Notes: generated by a model not told the origin, from the sequence alone. Shown: positions 37,008-50,560, numbered from the stretch's first letter. The stretch: DNA of 64,000 bases from Nemertoderma westbladi (GCA_032718475.1 JAUCBJ010001804.1:5402-69401); one strand, 5' to 3'. A program made the numbers and translations.

Positions 37008-38774
37008 GTGCAGAACTTCAACTCATTTAAATTGACCGCTACAAATTAATTGCATTTGTCTGTACCAATGAGACTGTAGTTATTTGATTGTAACCAATGT
37101 CGTGCAAGTTATATATTAGCTGGACCAATAGCTATCTTTAAAACCCTGTTAGAACCTATAGAACAATCGAGAATTTTCTCGATTGATTGCAGCACAAATT
37201 TGCTATATAAAGGTGCGATTTCGTTCATTAGTTATCTCTCTCTCTCAATTACTCTAACCATATTCGTATCTCTGAGTTATCTAATATTTGTTTATTCTGT
37301 CATTAGTTTTCAGATTACATTTTATATTATTATCTGCAATAAATTCAGAAATACCGTTATCTGCTTTTCTTTACCATGATTCACTACGGTGAACAAACCT
37401 AAGGGACAGGATGGCCGGCTAGAGATCGGGCCGCAGCAATGAACGGGAACATCACGGGAATGTAGACAAGAGACAACCCGCAATACCATCTCAGTTATTC
37501 GCCCATCGCCTGAAAGGTTAGACAGCGTTCGACGCCTTGCTACCTAAGTGTAAGACCAAAAGATCAAAAGGTAGAAGTAGTGACACGCTGTGAGCCTAAA
37601 ATTACATCTTAGGGACTGTACTGTCTTGATTCAGGAAAACCCACAGTAGACCTTCATATTCCTACGGGGGGAGAGCGCAGGCAGATACTAGTACGCAGAT
37701 AGGATGTAGGCACACCGGTACGAAGCATACAAATTGGTAGGGTGCAGCAAACTGTACGCCTAACTCTTGCTAAGTACAGGTGCGTTTGCGACTATTTGCA
37801 GTACAACGGTGTCCATTGCATTAGAACTTGTAGGCTAGGGGGGTTGCTGTGTTTTCACCTGAATTGGGATTGTACCGTTCAGGCGGTAGGGCAGTTTACA
37901 ACTAGGCGCAAATAAATTGAGGCTATTAGGGATACTAACATCTACCGTGTCCCCGCCAACGCCCTAATAGGAAGTCACCCAGCCTACCTAGGTGACTAAA
38001 ATTCTAGATAGGACGCCAGGATAGCTATTAGTAACTGTACGCCTACAGTAGTAAACTAACACATCTTTTCTTAGTATCAGGGACCTGGTACCTAAAATTG
38101 CCGAATTCTGGGCGTAGCATTAACCTTATGCCTGAATTTGAGTCCTGGAAATACGCAAGAGGGGAAGGAACCTTATCATTCGTGAGTATTGGACCTACAA
38201 GTTGCAAAATTAGAATATTCGTAAAATGCACACCGTACCCAGTAATTATATATGTGAAGGAGCAAAACTGCTTTTGACCGTTCAGAATTAATGCACGCGC
38301 GTTAGAAATTATTTACACCTCAAAATATATAAAATTAACTTTCGTCCTTACTGTGTTTTGCCCGCTAGTTAGACATCTCCAAATCTCTGCCTCTGTACCA
38401 AGGCGACCTTTACTAACAGGCCTTGCAGCCCAAAAAACTGCAGAATTAGCGTAGGCCTAACATTTTGCAGTAGCAGAACAAGGCCATGCAACACGCTGAC
38501 ACGTCAGCTTTATTTTTGGATTTATAAGTTCTGGTGCTGAAATAAATATGTTTAATTATAATTAATCTTAATTGCTTAATTTTGTGTATTTTAGCATTGT
38601 CCTCACGGTGTACTGTATTAATACTGCAATTCCTTAGATAGATTGCTATTTCCTGATTTCTATAGCCTAGGCTTCTGTATTTTGTATTTGATAACTACGG
38701 TAAGCTAAATATTCTGGAATTTCGAATATTAATACAATACTATCTGACTATTAATACGAATAATACTGGTCGAT

Positions 38775-41254
38775 ATGCCTCGCAAGTGTTGTGTTGGATA
38801 TTGCCGATCTAACTACAAGGGAACTCAGTCAAATCCACAAGCGGAGAGTGTTAGCGTTTACGGTTTCCCCGCCAACAATGATGATCGTCAATGCTGGTTG
38901 GCTGCGTTACCGAACATCATTGATAAAGTCACAAAGACAATTGGTATTTGCAGAAAACACTGGCCGGACAGCACCAAAATGAAAGTTGTTCGCGGTGGTT
39001 CCTTAGTGCCGAGAGATCCTCCATCGGTATTCACTGCAGCGCCGGCGTCAGTTGTTCCCCCCACTCCTCCGGTATCGAGATCAACCGATCGATCGCGACC
39101 ATCTTCGCGGAATATTCTTCCCGATGAGTTGTCCGAGTTCCTCTCTGGCGACAAGATCGTCGCAGATACTTTTTCTATGGAGTTTAAGATAAAGTACCGG
39201 TACTACTGTGGCGTAGAGCTGGATATTTTAAACCGCGGCGGTACAACTCTATTGGCGATGCACCGGGAGCGGACTGGGGCTGTTGCGAAGTGGACCCTCG
39301 AGTTTACCATCATTGACGATAAGGTTGAGTTCGTTTGTTACTCGGGTCTCGCTCGAATTAGTATCCCATTCTTACGCTACAAGACCCGCGTAAGTTATTG
39401 GTCGGAAGTTACAGAAGTCATCAACTTCCTCAATCATTATGAAGAGGAGAATCCTCGCTTCCTCTTCCTGTATCGCCAAGTTGCTCTGCTGAACACCCCA
39501 CGGAACGGAGTTGTCTACACCTCTGGCGATATCTGCAATGCTTTCCAGTGGTATTGCTATTCAACCAAACTTTATAATATTCTAAGGGAGCAGTTGAAAC
39601 TCCCTAGTCCGTAATTATAGATGAAATTCATGTGAAACAATCACTCCAATACCACGGTGGAACGGTTTTTGGACCAGCTGCCGACTATCCCGAAAAACTG
39701 GCCAGCACTGTGTTGGCATTTATGGTTAATTGCTTGTTCGGGGGACCTGCGTTTGTTATTGGACTTCTTCCATGTTCGAACTTAAATGGAACATTCCAAT
39801 ATGATATGTACCTGAAGTTCGCAAAGTCTCTGCACGAAACTAATGCGAGAGTCATCGCTGTTTTATGTGATGAAAATTCGGTTAACCGGAAATTCTTTAA
39901 CATGTTTACACGATATGTTAATGATGTACCATGGAGGGTTCGCTCCCCATTCGATTCAGCGGAGCCGTTATTCCTTATTTTCGATCCGGTACACATCCTA
40001 AAGTGTATCCGAAACAACTGGTTGTCCGAGAAATCGAGAGAGTTGGAGTTCCATTCCCCAGGGCAGATCGACGCTGCTTGCAGATACACTGCACGATGGG
40101 GCGACTTGGAGGAGGTATGGAGATCCGAGTTTGATGGTATTTTTAAACTGTCGGAGTTCACCAAAGACGCTCTGTATCCCGCCAAGGTACAACTACAGCG
40201 TGTTTCCCTCGCTCTAAAGGTGTTTTGTGATAAGACTGGTGCCGCTCTGCAAGCCTCTGCCCATCGCACGGACTCTACCGCTGAGACAGCCAATTTTATA
40301 AACATAGTGGTGAAATGGTGGAAGATCGTCAGTTGTCGCTCTATTACTGCGCATATCCATAAAAGAGATCCGGACCGCGCATTTATTGAGTCTCCTAATC
40401 ACCCCGCTATGAAGTATTTGAAGGATATGGCCCAACTGGCTTTGTATATGGCCCCTATATCAAACAGTAACCGAGTGCGTTCATTGACCAAGGAGACTTC
40501 ATATGCACTTTACCACACCAGCAGCGCATTAGTCGCCCTCACTGAGTATCTTTTTTCGCCCGAAATAGCCGAAGTGTTTCAACACAAGTATATTCTCCTT
40601 GGAAAATTTATTTCCGACCTACTAGAGGGATATTTTGGCCATATTCGCCAAGCTTGTGGTGGTAATTATTACATTTCCACTCAGCAAGTAATATTATATA
40701 TAGTATATAGTATCGACAACACACGTTTACTTGCCTCGTTAAACCAACTCCAGCGAGAACCGACTGCTTCCCAGACTCACAGCTGCTCGCTTTGTTTTAT
40801 ACCTCTATCCGAGAAGGAAGTTGAACTCATGGATACTCTTCCATTGTTGACCCAAGATTTGGACTATGACCTTCTTCAAGCGATTGTTTATGTTGGAGGT
40901 TACCTTACCCAACAAAGTGCTTGCAAGAGCAGCAGCCCACCGGTTTCTCGCAACACCCGGATAGCGGAATATACTGTAGTTTTAGATCGCGGCGGCCTTA
41001 AGCTCCCATCCGACACAATGACCTACTTCGTATCTCTTTCCTACTGCTTCTTCCAATCCACTGGAAAAGCATTTTATTGTCGTCGACGCCTCACGTCTGC
41101 ACTTACAAATATTCGGCGATTATTCCACCTGGAAGAAACTACTAATAACACTATTGATACCCCACGTAGACTTGCCAATGTGTTCCTCAACAACAGCTGT
41201 AAACAGTCGATGACAGACATTTCCACCCTGCAGAAGAGGGCAAAGTTTATTTAG
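38775..41254 (+). pseudogene. THAP-domain P-element transposase (THAP9-like), frameshifted at ~39610
   Basis: THAP motif MPRKCCVGYC...FP...W...ICRKHW. LKLPSP is joined out of frame to IIDEIHVK. Later motifs CDENSVNR, FDPVHILKCIRNNW, DLLEGYFGHIRQACG and YVGGY..DRGGLKLPS. Confidence 0.9.
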
Positions 41255-41294
41255 CGAACTCTAGGCCGTGGATCACCCTACACCCCCCCCCCCC

Positions 41295-41555
41295 CCCCCG
41301 GTTTATATGGCTTCCAGCACCAGGTCAATCAAAAAGCCTCGCCATTACGAACTCTATCCAGCGGATCCCCCGGTTTATATGGCTTCCGGCACCAGGTCAA
41401 TCAAAAAGCCTCGCCATTACGAACTCTATCCAGCGGATCCCCCGGTTTATATGGCTTCCGGCACCAGGTCAATCAAAAAGCCTCGCCATTACGAACTCTA
41501 TCCAGCGGATCCCCCGGTTTATATGGCTTCCGGCACCAGGTCAATCAAAAAGCCT
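41295..41555. repeat. 72-bp tandem repeat (~3.6 units) inside the P element
   Basis: cccccggtttatatggcttccggcaccaggtcaatcaaaaagcctcgccattacgaactctatccagcggat, with unit starts 72 bp apart. Confidence 0.9.
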
Positions 41556-44286
41556 CAACTCTGCCATCCTGCACCACGTTGACGTCGTGGCAGAGCTTAT
41601 AACTGAAATCATAGAAATTTCAGTTAAACTAAGGTTGCAGGATATAATTTAATTATATTAGTAAATGTAATAAATAATTTTGTGTTTATAATAGTTAAAC
41701 ACAAAATTGTTTTCTTTCGACAAAAATTTTCTACAAGTTCTAATTTCATAATTTTCCCAGTCCTACTATTTTTGTAAATAGTGAAATTTATTACCTTTTT
41801 AGTTTAAATTGTATTAGCTACTAGAAACGAATCCGCTAGGTATGGTTAGCGCGGTACTCGTCTCAAATTTCAAGTCTCGTTGCGCTCGTCGTGTTTTCTC
41901 TGAAAATATTTTAGTCTAAACGTAGACTAAGGAACCTTTATAACTAAGCAAAGTATCGAAACTGTGCGAGAAAGGTGGTTTAGGGGTATAGATAACACAT
42001 TACTCGTCTCCATTACAAGCCTCGTTGCGCTCGTCCTGTTTTGTATGAAAATATTTATTCTAAATGTAGACTGAGGAACCTTTATAACTATGCAAAGTCT
42101 CTAAACTGTGTGAATACTTTCTGATTTATGGCAGATGGTATTACTACATCGATAGATGTAGATACATACATACACATTAGATACATACAGACATACATAC
42201 TGTATACACACTTAGATAGATAAATACACACCAAAACTCAAAAAAATACCCCGCCTATACGAGACGGGTTCATAATTTACCATTTCTTAAAGGTCTTATT
42301 GATAGAATGGAGAAACTACCGTTCTATTGGTCGCTATACTTTTAGGCCTACGCTAATTTTGCAGTTTTCTGGGCTGCAAGGCCTGTTAGTAAAGGTCGCC
42401 TTGCTCTGTACCTAGCTAGCGTCTCTTTGCCCAACCATATAAATCACACCGCGGCAAAGTATACGAGCCCCTTAGTCCGTCAGTGAGTCAGCCTGATTTT
42501 AGGATTCGCTGCGTGGGATTTTGTTTTATCGAAGTTTGTCTGCTCGTAGACTGTTTTCTGCCTCACCGGTTATAAGAGATCGATACTGCAATATATTCGC
42601 TTACTTAGAGTTTACTGTTTTGGTGAGAAGGTCGGATTTATGATTTGATTCACAAACTTTACAGTAGGATATTGCAGGTATTGTTACCGTCTCTTCCATA
42701 TAGTAGGATTTGTTGGACCAATGATATAATCATTGCGTCATACCTATATTTTGTCAGTGTACCTCAGTATACTTCAGTTTATGTCAGTGTATATCTGTAC
42801 ACCAGTATAGCGGTACTATACACGTGTTAGTTGGTTTTAATGTTTTTTGATCTTCTTGCTTGTCGTTTTTATGTTAATTCTGCTAATGCTGTAAATTGCA
42901 AATACGTATTTCTGCTGTTATGCCTGCATGATTAAGACTTTTAATAATGATTACTGCTTAGATTGACTTTTGATTTCCTTAATCTTTGCGATGTAGCAAA
43001 TCCTAACAAGGATTTTCCCTTTCAACTGTCAGACTGTTTGTTAATCATGCGCCGATACGGTAACTATTCGCTTTAGCCTGACGGGCTAAGGGTACCGGTA
43101 GGCGTAGTGGGCGCACTGTGGAAGCGACGGAAGGAGGAGTGGAGGATCCAATGTGGGGCAATGCTGGCGGGGGCCAGTAGTTGTGGTCGGGCAAATAAAA
43201 GTAGAGGAGGACCGGTCGTCATTACGGCTTTTAGGGGCTGGCGGACAAGATTTTGTCTCAGTATTGTTTGGCTGTAGCACTGTTTTAATGGGTTTAGCTA
43301 CGAAGACCACATTTAGCTTGGGTGGCCTTGGCTTTTTACACTAGTGCTATGCCAGTGCTACAAACGCCACTAACACTGTTAATGTATTGGTGGTTTACTG
43401 TTGTAAACGCTGCTTTATATTGTGTTGTTTAGAAAGTGCCTGATCCTTGTTTGTGATGTTTAGATAGGTGCTATTCTCTTGATTGTTTCTATTTCTAATT
43501 TATGCTTGTTAATTGCTGTCAGGTCAAATAATACAGTATTTAGACTGTTGCTAGTATAACTCAGTAGCGTAATTAATTAGTAATACTCATTCTGGAATAC
43601 TTAGTAATCAGTATGCAACTCTGTGTATTTGAGACACTGTAAATTTACTTTAGCACTTGGAATAAAATTAAGAGTTTGTACGCAGCATAGCGGAGAATAG
43701 TTTGGGTAGATTACGTTTAGAAATACTTTAGGATATTCGACGCTAGGCGATTATTTGAAAGTAGCGGGTCAGCAGGTTAACAGCGGTACCGGTAGCTAGG
43801 GTAGCGCAGTAGTGATATCGCTGAGTTAAATCAGCGCAAGGTCAAAGTTTCGGCATTAGGAAATTAATACCCCACCTTTTGCATATTAAAATATTATCAC
43901 ATTCAACATTGTTCCACCCAGCAAACTGCCTGTATTTCTCTGTGGAAATAAGTGAACGCCGAGTGCTAAGTCACCCGCACTCATATTAAGTAGCTTAGGA
44001 AGTCAAATCGGATTTATTGTTTTGGTTGTTCTGTTTGGCTTATAAATTAGAACGATTAGCTCTCTTTTGGGATTTCGACAGAGAAAGGAACATTTATGAT
44101 TGGCAGAGCCGTACGCAGTTTAACAACTACCCCTATGTTCAATATGTAATTACCCAGTATTGCCCATTTTAGTGGTGAGGTGCTTGGACTGATTCCCAAC
44201 TAAGCTAGGCAATAGCAAACTTGCCTATGCATGAGGGAGCTGGAAGTATAGAATGACAGGGTATTTTAATAACTTATAATGTCAAT

Positions 44287-45112
44287 AGGGTTGGTGCGCG
44301 GAAAAATTGTTGGGCTAGAAACAATCGAATAAGGGGTAACAAGGTGCCCTGAATCGAGTGGCAGGTGTGTTTTTTGTAAAAACACGAGGAAATGGTCTAT
44401 ATGGATGGCGGGTTTAAGTAAGCCCGGGATGCCAATTTTGAAAATCGGCTGCAATTGGCTACTACATATTTGACGTCACTACGCAGTGACCTGAGAATTT
44501 CTTATATTGGTTTCTATGGAGGATGGTGATATTAGATTCATTCAAATATGCATTTAATCTCGCAATAATTTCATATGTATATTATATCAATTGAAAGCGG
44601 AGAGTCATGCGCGTCTTTTGTTACTACAATTAATTAAATTAATGATGTTGAACATTGATAAAATGAATCAATTCACAATTATTTCGCAGATTGCCTAACC
44701 TGAATGCAAGTAATACTGAACCACTCAGTCCTATCCACCTATTGCGTTGCAGTATTGCTGTATTGCAGCTTTAAGTTCATTGAGTTGAATTGTGTACCGG
44801 TCAGCTGTAGCGTAAGAGTGATACATCGGTAGGTTTACTCAACCAAATGGTCATGTATTTGATTGAATCTAATTTCACCCTCCATAGAAACCAATATAAG
44901 AAATCATCGCACACTGCATAGTGAGGTCAAATATGTAGCAGGCAATCAACAGCGGTTTTTCAAAATTATTTTCCCGGGCTTACTTAAACCTGCCATTTCG
45001 ACCGTTTCCTCTTGTTTTTACAAAAAAACACACACCGCCACTCGATTCAGGGCACCTTTTTACCTCTTATTCGATTGTTTTTAGCCCAACAATTTTTTCA
45101 CACACCAACCCT
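44287..45112. mobile_element. MITE with long (~240 bp) imperfect TIRs
   Basis: agggttggtgcgcggaaaaattgttgggctagaaacaatcgaataag... is mirrored at 44870-45112 and flanked by AT on both sides. A related half end lies at ~15550. Confidence 0.75.
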
Positions 45113-45284
45113 ATTAAAGTTTAGATCAATTAAAAACACATTTCTTAAAGCAAATCACTTGAACTAATTAAAAACTATAATGGAATGGGGTATGGGGATT
45201 ACAGCTGTATAATTTTTAAGTATAATTATTTATATCTTATACAGTACTATAAAATAATTAATTTCCATTAAACGGCAGGTTCAA

Positions 45285-48200
45285 AATGCCAACCTATGGG
45301 AGTGCTACATGCGTAAGGGTTGTCCGCTGTTATAACAGATGGGCGTGTCTGCCATACTTGATGCAAGTTAAACTGGTCTGTCCCAATTAACATCGCAATT
45401 GAGCGATAATTAACAGGACATTCTTGTATTCCAAGATGTCGGAAATACTTACGGTCTTCCGGTGATTGCTCTGGCACAGGGCCGAGCAGGTTACTAAAGT
45501 CCTTTGTAGCTGCAAAGGTCAAATTCCTTACCAGAAGTAGTGAGCATTCCTCCTTGCTGTGTTCCGCTTTGGAAAGAAGAGTATCTAAGGTTAATTTTAC
45601 TCTAGTCACAAGTATTGCTCTTTTACCATGCATGCTGCTAACAGTGTACAGAGCAGTCTTACCTTGACTCATGTCCATAACTACATCGGCTATTTGTTAA
45701 TCGACGTAACTATGTGGCGACGCAGAGTCCAGGAATAGCCTATATAGGCTTGCTCCCTCGGGTTCCGGTAATCTTTATAGGTATCACTCTAAACCCTTTC
45801 AATTGGTTCTGTGTGAGAAGTGTTATATATGGTTGTTCTTCTCCTGCATGCATGCAAAAGGTGTCATCTTCCTCCTCATCCTCATCCAACGATCCTGATT
45901 GGTCCATGCAGTCGGTATAGAAGGTATGGATTTCGCGCGGTGTGCGCTCTTTATAAAGCAACTCACATCTAGCCGCTTTATAGGGATACTCTCGTCGAAA
46001 GCGCTTAGTCGGAGTATGACTAGTTGTGTGGAATAACGCGTCATGGTTATGTCCACATAGAGGACACGTGTCATCGTTTGGGCAGTCCTTCCAGACGTAT
46101 CCAGGCATAGTACATCTCCGACAAGAATTCAACGGGCGAATCTGGAGTCTTCTTTCCTCAACTCCTAAATCTTTAAAAGCACGACATCCGCATAGTTTGT
46201 GTCCGCTATATTTTCTGCCGTTCCGCTCGCAGTATGGGCATCCATTAAAATCCGCCAGCAACTGTTTGGAAATTGTTTGGTCCGATTCGGTGCAGCTATA
46301 GCTTTTCCTTCTGCCGCTATATGGTGGTCCGTATAGTTAGACCTGGTCTCAACCACAGCCTCTCGCGAAATTAGTTGGTAAACGGCGGTAAGTTTCAGTA
46401 GCCCGCCAGTCTCTTAATGCTGGTACTCTATCCATCGCCATTCTCGGCGTAACCGATGATGGAGTCTACCGATGATCCTAATTAGAACTGTCAGCACGTT
46501 GGCGTACTCGAGTTGACCGATGGACCGTAAAGTCCCTATAGCGTTCTCGATTTCGTCCGCGAGTCGTAGAAGATCGATTGGTTTCAAAATGGGTCCGCCT
46601 CTTCAGAGGTCTTCTATAATGGATTTAGCCATGGCTACGTTACCGCCGTAAATGGAAAACAAGCGGTCGTATGCCTACTCGAAAGCGTTCGGAACACCAA
46701 TAAAGGTCTCCGCTAATCTTTTCGGCTCACCAGATAGAACCTGGAGCAAGTAATTAAACTTCTCCGTCGAGGTGAAGGCACACATAGCGATCTGGGACTC
46801 TACGTAGTCTACCAGCGTACGCCAGTGTTTCGCGTTGCCAGAAAATTTCGGCGGTTGTTGTGCTGGCAATCCGTGTCTGGCTGCAAACTTAGCAATCTCG
46901 TTGACTAAGTCCAACTGTCCGCGTCCATATTCGGTAATAGCGTCCAGTCGTTCCCGTCCGTGTGTGGTTCGTCGGTACGAGATGTTAATGGGATATGTGG
47001 TCTAGGTTGTTCCAACTCCATGATGGTCCGTGATCGATCCGATGATTGCGCTTCGAGTCGCTCTTCGAGTTGAGCCAATCGGTCCGCCATCTCAGTAAAC
47101 TGTTTGGCACTAATCGCTTCCGCTGCTTGCAATGTGGGTTTCTGAATGGGTGTTTCTCGCGGGGGGTTGTCAATGTACGGATTCATAAATCTTTTCTCCC
47201 ATTTGTAATCGCCACCAACCGCTTCAGTATGGAATATTTCCCGTTCCATCGACTCTGTATCGCTAGATGAATTGCTATCGCTGTCGTCCGGATAAGGTGG
47301 TTGGCGGGTTCGCGTCCGGCGTGTTAATTTCATTGGTCACATTCGCCTTTGTTTGGCTTTTACAGTTCTTCATCGTTCGGTAGGCTCGCATGCCTTCTAC
47401 GAAGTCGTAGGTCTCGATAAGCTCCATTCTAACTTGTGGGCACTACCCACAAAGTTAGTCCATTGTGGTTTGGTAGGCTCGCAAGCCTTCCGCGAAGGCA
47501 TAGGTTTCATTGCGCAATGTGTCAAAAGTCGAGTAAAGCAGTCAGGTTTAATCGTAGTTGGTCTGTAAATGACTGGGTTCGCGCAGCACGTTACAGGTTT
47601 AACTGGTAACAGCTTACTTACCTGCTTGACTGTCATAAACATGGGTTCGTCTCTTCCTACGAGTAAACTACGGCTTACTGTAGGTGGACTACTTACCTTA
47701 CCTGCTAAAATCGGCGATGATGTCGCTCGTGGTTACAGGATTGATTCCGACATAACAAACCTGTGACATTGCATTAAATGCACAGGTGATATCTCCTTTA
47801 GCTTTATGACTACGATCGGTTTCGCTGGAACCGTAGGTTTGATCATGGGAATAACTTGAGGAAAACGTTTACAGTAATCCTCATCGAACTCCTCTCCTCT
47901 ATCTATTGCTCCCACGCTCCCTGCCTTGATTCGCTTCTGGATTTCACGATATTGAGCCTCCATATGGTCCAATACAGACAAGTCTAGTCCAGCTCAAGTT
48001 CTTATAGATCTATCTCTCGCGTCGAGTTCGAGATCCTCTCGCGCGTTCGCTAACACTCGTGATCTACGATTTAGTTCGAACTGGAGCTGCATTTCTCTCT
48101 CGCATCGGTCTGCCTCTTGTTGTTGTGCTGCTAATTCCGCTTCCTGAATGGCTAATCGAGATTTTATTTGTTGCGCCTCCAACTGAGCATGAGCGTCAGA

Positions 48201-50560
48201 TGCTGCTTTCTTCCGTGCTAACTCGTCTGCTGCTGCAGCTGCCGCGGCTTCTCGCGCTAAGTCCTCTTCCAATCTTCACATCTCCGAGCCCTCGAATTCA
48301 GCTTGGGCCTGAAGTTTTGCGATTTTTGCCTTGTCTTCCCTTCGTTGTTTCTCTCCTTCGATAGCAACTTGTGCCATCTGCTGTTGCGCTTCTTCCTCGG
48401 CGACTTGTTGTCAGCATGCGACCTCTTGTTATTGTCGAGTTATCACTGACGTCGTCCTACTAACGTCACCAACGTTGCTCCGTATGCTATCCAACGGTGG
48501 AATAGGGTAGGCTCGCAAGCCTTCCGTAGCTAGAACTTCCGTTGTCCCTTGCAGTTTGACTTCCACTTCTTCGATCAGTACGCTGCTTCTATGAAGAAAA
48601 TTGGTGAGCGTTTCTAACCTCCCATCTAGGCAATATAGTTCTTGTTCCTCTTCGGGTTGCAACAATGCGTCGGAAGCAGACTCACCCATCAGTTGATCGA
48701 GTTGCTCTCTCTAAGCTGTGAGGCTTTCCCTCGCACTTATCAACTTATCGATTATTTTTACTTGCGTAAAGTTGTCGCCACACAACTCTGCGAGTTTGTG
48801 TAACCCTTTAAGTTTATCTATGGAGGCATGTACCATAATTTCTATCCTTACCTGTAAGGTGTAGAATTCGTATCTCGACATCGGGGCGATTAATTCGCAC
48901 AAATCCGAAAACCTTCTCCGAAATTTTGAGAAATCTGGGCCATGTGTCCTCCTATACTCCTAATAATGTTCTCTTGCCTTCCAGCCAAACTTACCATGTC
49001 CGGTTCCCACGATCTGGTCTGAGGGACAGTAAGGAAGTCTTCGGTTCTACCATCGCCACGCATTACAGCTGCCGGTATTTCCGTTCGTGGTACCGGTGAT
49101 GCACGTGGTATGACATCGGTAGAATCACGAGTCCTCCTTCTTGGGTTGTCTACTGTTGATCTGTCTGGGTCATGTGAGTCATAGTCGGTGGGTGGGTATT
49201 GAGTCGAGTGTGGTATATCACTCATGTCTGTTATATACGTCAAGTACGGGTAATAAATGTCAAAGTGTCAAAATGTCAAACTGTCAAACTTACCTCGGTA
49301 CATATATACTATATATATACCCTAACTGGTACAAATAAAATCAAAAGTATATAATAAAATAATAATAATTCAGCCTACCGGTTAAATCTGTACGAATAAG
49401 TGAGATAGCGGTATACACTACCAAAATGTAGATCAAGTACAAATAATAGGCAAAACAGCATTGTCTAAGGGAAATAAGTAACAACAAACACACTAATTAG
49501 ACAGTGGAACCCACAAATTTTGAGTACTACTGTGCTCTATGTTTGAATGACACGAGTCATAAAACTTACGTTCCTTTGATCTTCCAGTCGTACAAATTCC
49601 CAGATACAAACCGGATGAGAACTGATCCGTTTCCAGTGTTGCGGACGAATTTTGTGTCTCCCAAACTTGCTAAAAACGGCCTAATCCCTCGAGGCGGTCC
49701 AGAAATGAGTCCTTGAGTCCTGAAAATCGAAGGTGAGAGTTTTACTAACTACTCTACAAAAATATTTTCCTAGGTACCAATACAAATTGGTCTTTAAAAC
49801 TTACATTACCTTTTCAAGTACCGAAAAATAATACTGCACACACACGGTGTAAAACAAATAATTACAAACTAACTAACTATCTACAGCTAGCCAAATACGA
49901 AATTACTAGCTAACACATACGAATACTACTCCTACTAAATATTTAATAAGAGTATCTCCTACTTTTAGATCCTCTTCAATGCGGTCTACTCTACAATTTA
50001 CCAATCTACAAATACTGAACTGTAGAATATCTCCTACTGAAAAGTGCGAAACGCTCTTTTCAGGGCGTACAGATCTAAACGATACTATACAAATTTATAT
50101 AGTATCTCCTACTTTAAGATCCTCTTCAATAGGGTCAAATCTACAATTTACCAATCTACGAATACTGAACTGTAGAATATATCCTACTGAAAAGTCCAGT
50201 AGTATACCGCCTACCGGATCCTAGTAACGATGTACCTTACTATAGAATCTAGTAGTGTATATGAGCTCATACAGTATCTGACAATAAATCCCAGTCCAGG
50301 GTGTCTAAATAAACAGATACTAAGTACGCAAAGTACTACTGGCGAGGGACGGAGCCTGATGTCTATTCTAATACGTGGGTGCGTCAAATGCCCGGTCAAA
50401 CTAGACAAAACAGGATACCCAACCTCTAACCGGTGAGGCAGATGTACAGTCTACAGTGACAGACCAAACTCACGGGAAAACAATACCCGCACAGTGAATC
50501 CTAACTATCGCTAATGGACCTAAATACTGTAAACTTGCCGCGGTGTGATTTATATGGTTT
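45285..50560 (-). mobile_element. Decayed, 3'-truncated BEL/Pao element 2, sister family of element 1 (partial LTR, leader, gag, protease)
   Basis: Fragmented ORFs align to 24471+: RGDGRTEDFLTVPQ, LLQPEEEQELY, PPKFSG, VETRSNYTD, LTFAATKDFSNLLGPVPEQS. LTR block ccatataaatcacaccgcggcaa...ctgcctcaccggtta is conserved at 50427-50557. Many stops and frameshifts. Confidence 0.9.
49951..50195. repeat. ~95-bp direct repeat x2 (150-bp period) in the element 2 leader, rich in AGTAGGA (minus strand)
   Basis: agtatctcctacttt.agatcctcttcaat...tactgaactgtagaatat.tcctactgaaaagt at 49951 and 50101. Confidence 0.8.

Larger units (their letters stand above)
38399..42403 (+). mobile_element. P-superfamily DNA transposon (4005 bp)
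   Basis: 62-bp TIRs caaggcgacctttactaacaggccttgcagccc... with 2 mismatches. 8-bp TSD CTCTGTAC (38391-38398, 42404-42411). The empty site is visible in the 5' LTR at 23364-23371. Confidence 0.95.
21767..42702 (+). mobile_element. Full-length BEL/Pao LTR retrotransposon (element 1), recently inactivated
   Basis: Two near-identical ~1896-bp LTRs and GTAGG on both flanks (21762-21766, 42703-42707). gag-PR-RT-RH-IN order with BEL-type motifs. Confidence 0.95.
36794..42702 (+). repeat. 3' LTR of element 1, interrupted by a P-type transposon
   Basis: Matches the 5' LTR on both sides of 38399-42411. Preceded by a short purine-rich GGAGCGG (36787-36793). Confidence 0.92.
21278..44125. mobile_element. 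Probable solo LTR (~1.9 kb: 21278-21766 plus 42708-44125) interrupted by the BEL/Pao element
   Basis: Termini TGTTA...TAACA, flanked by a 5-bp direct repeat ACTAC (21273-21277 and 44126-44130). No retroviral ORFs in the two halves. Confidence 0.65.

Noticed and set aside
39605-39632. Intron between the two P-transposase ORFs
   Set aside because: The GT..AG there spans only 10 nt (gtaattatag), too short for a spliceosomal intron, and the expected linker residues are absent.
41268-41582. 104-aa repetitive ORF in the P element
   Set aside because: Product of a 72-bp tandem repeat that happens to lack stops, with a non-ATG start.
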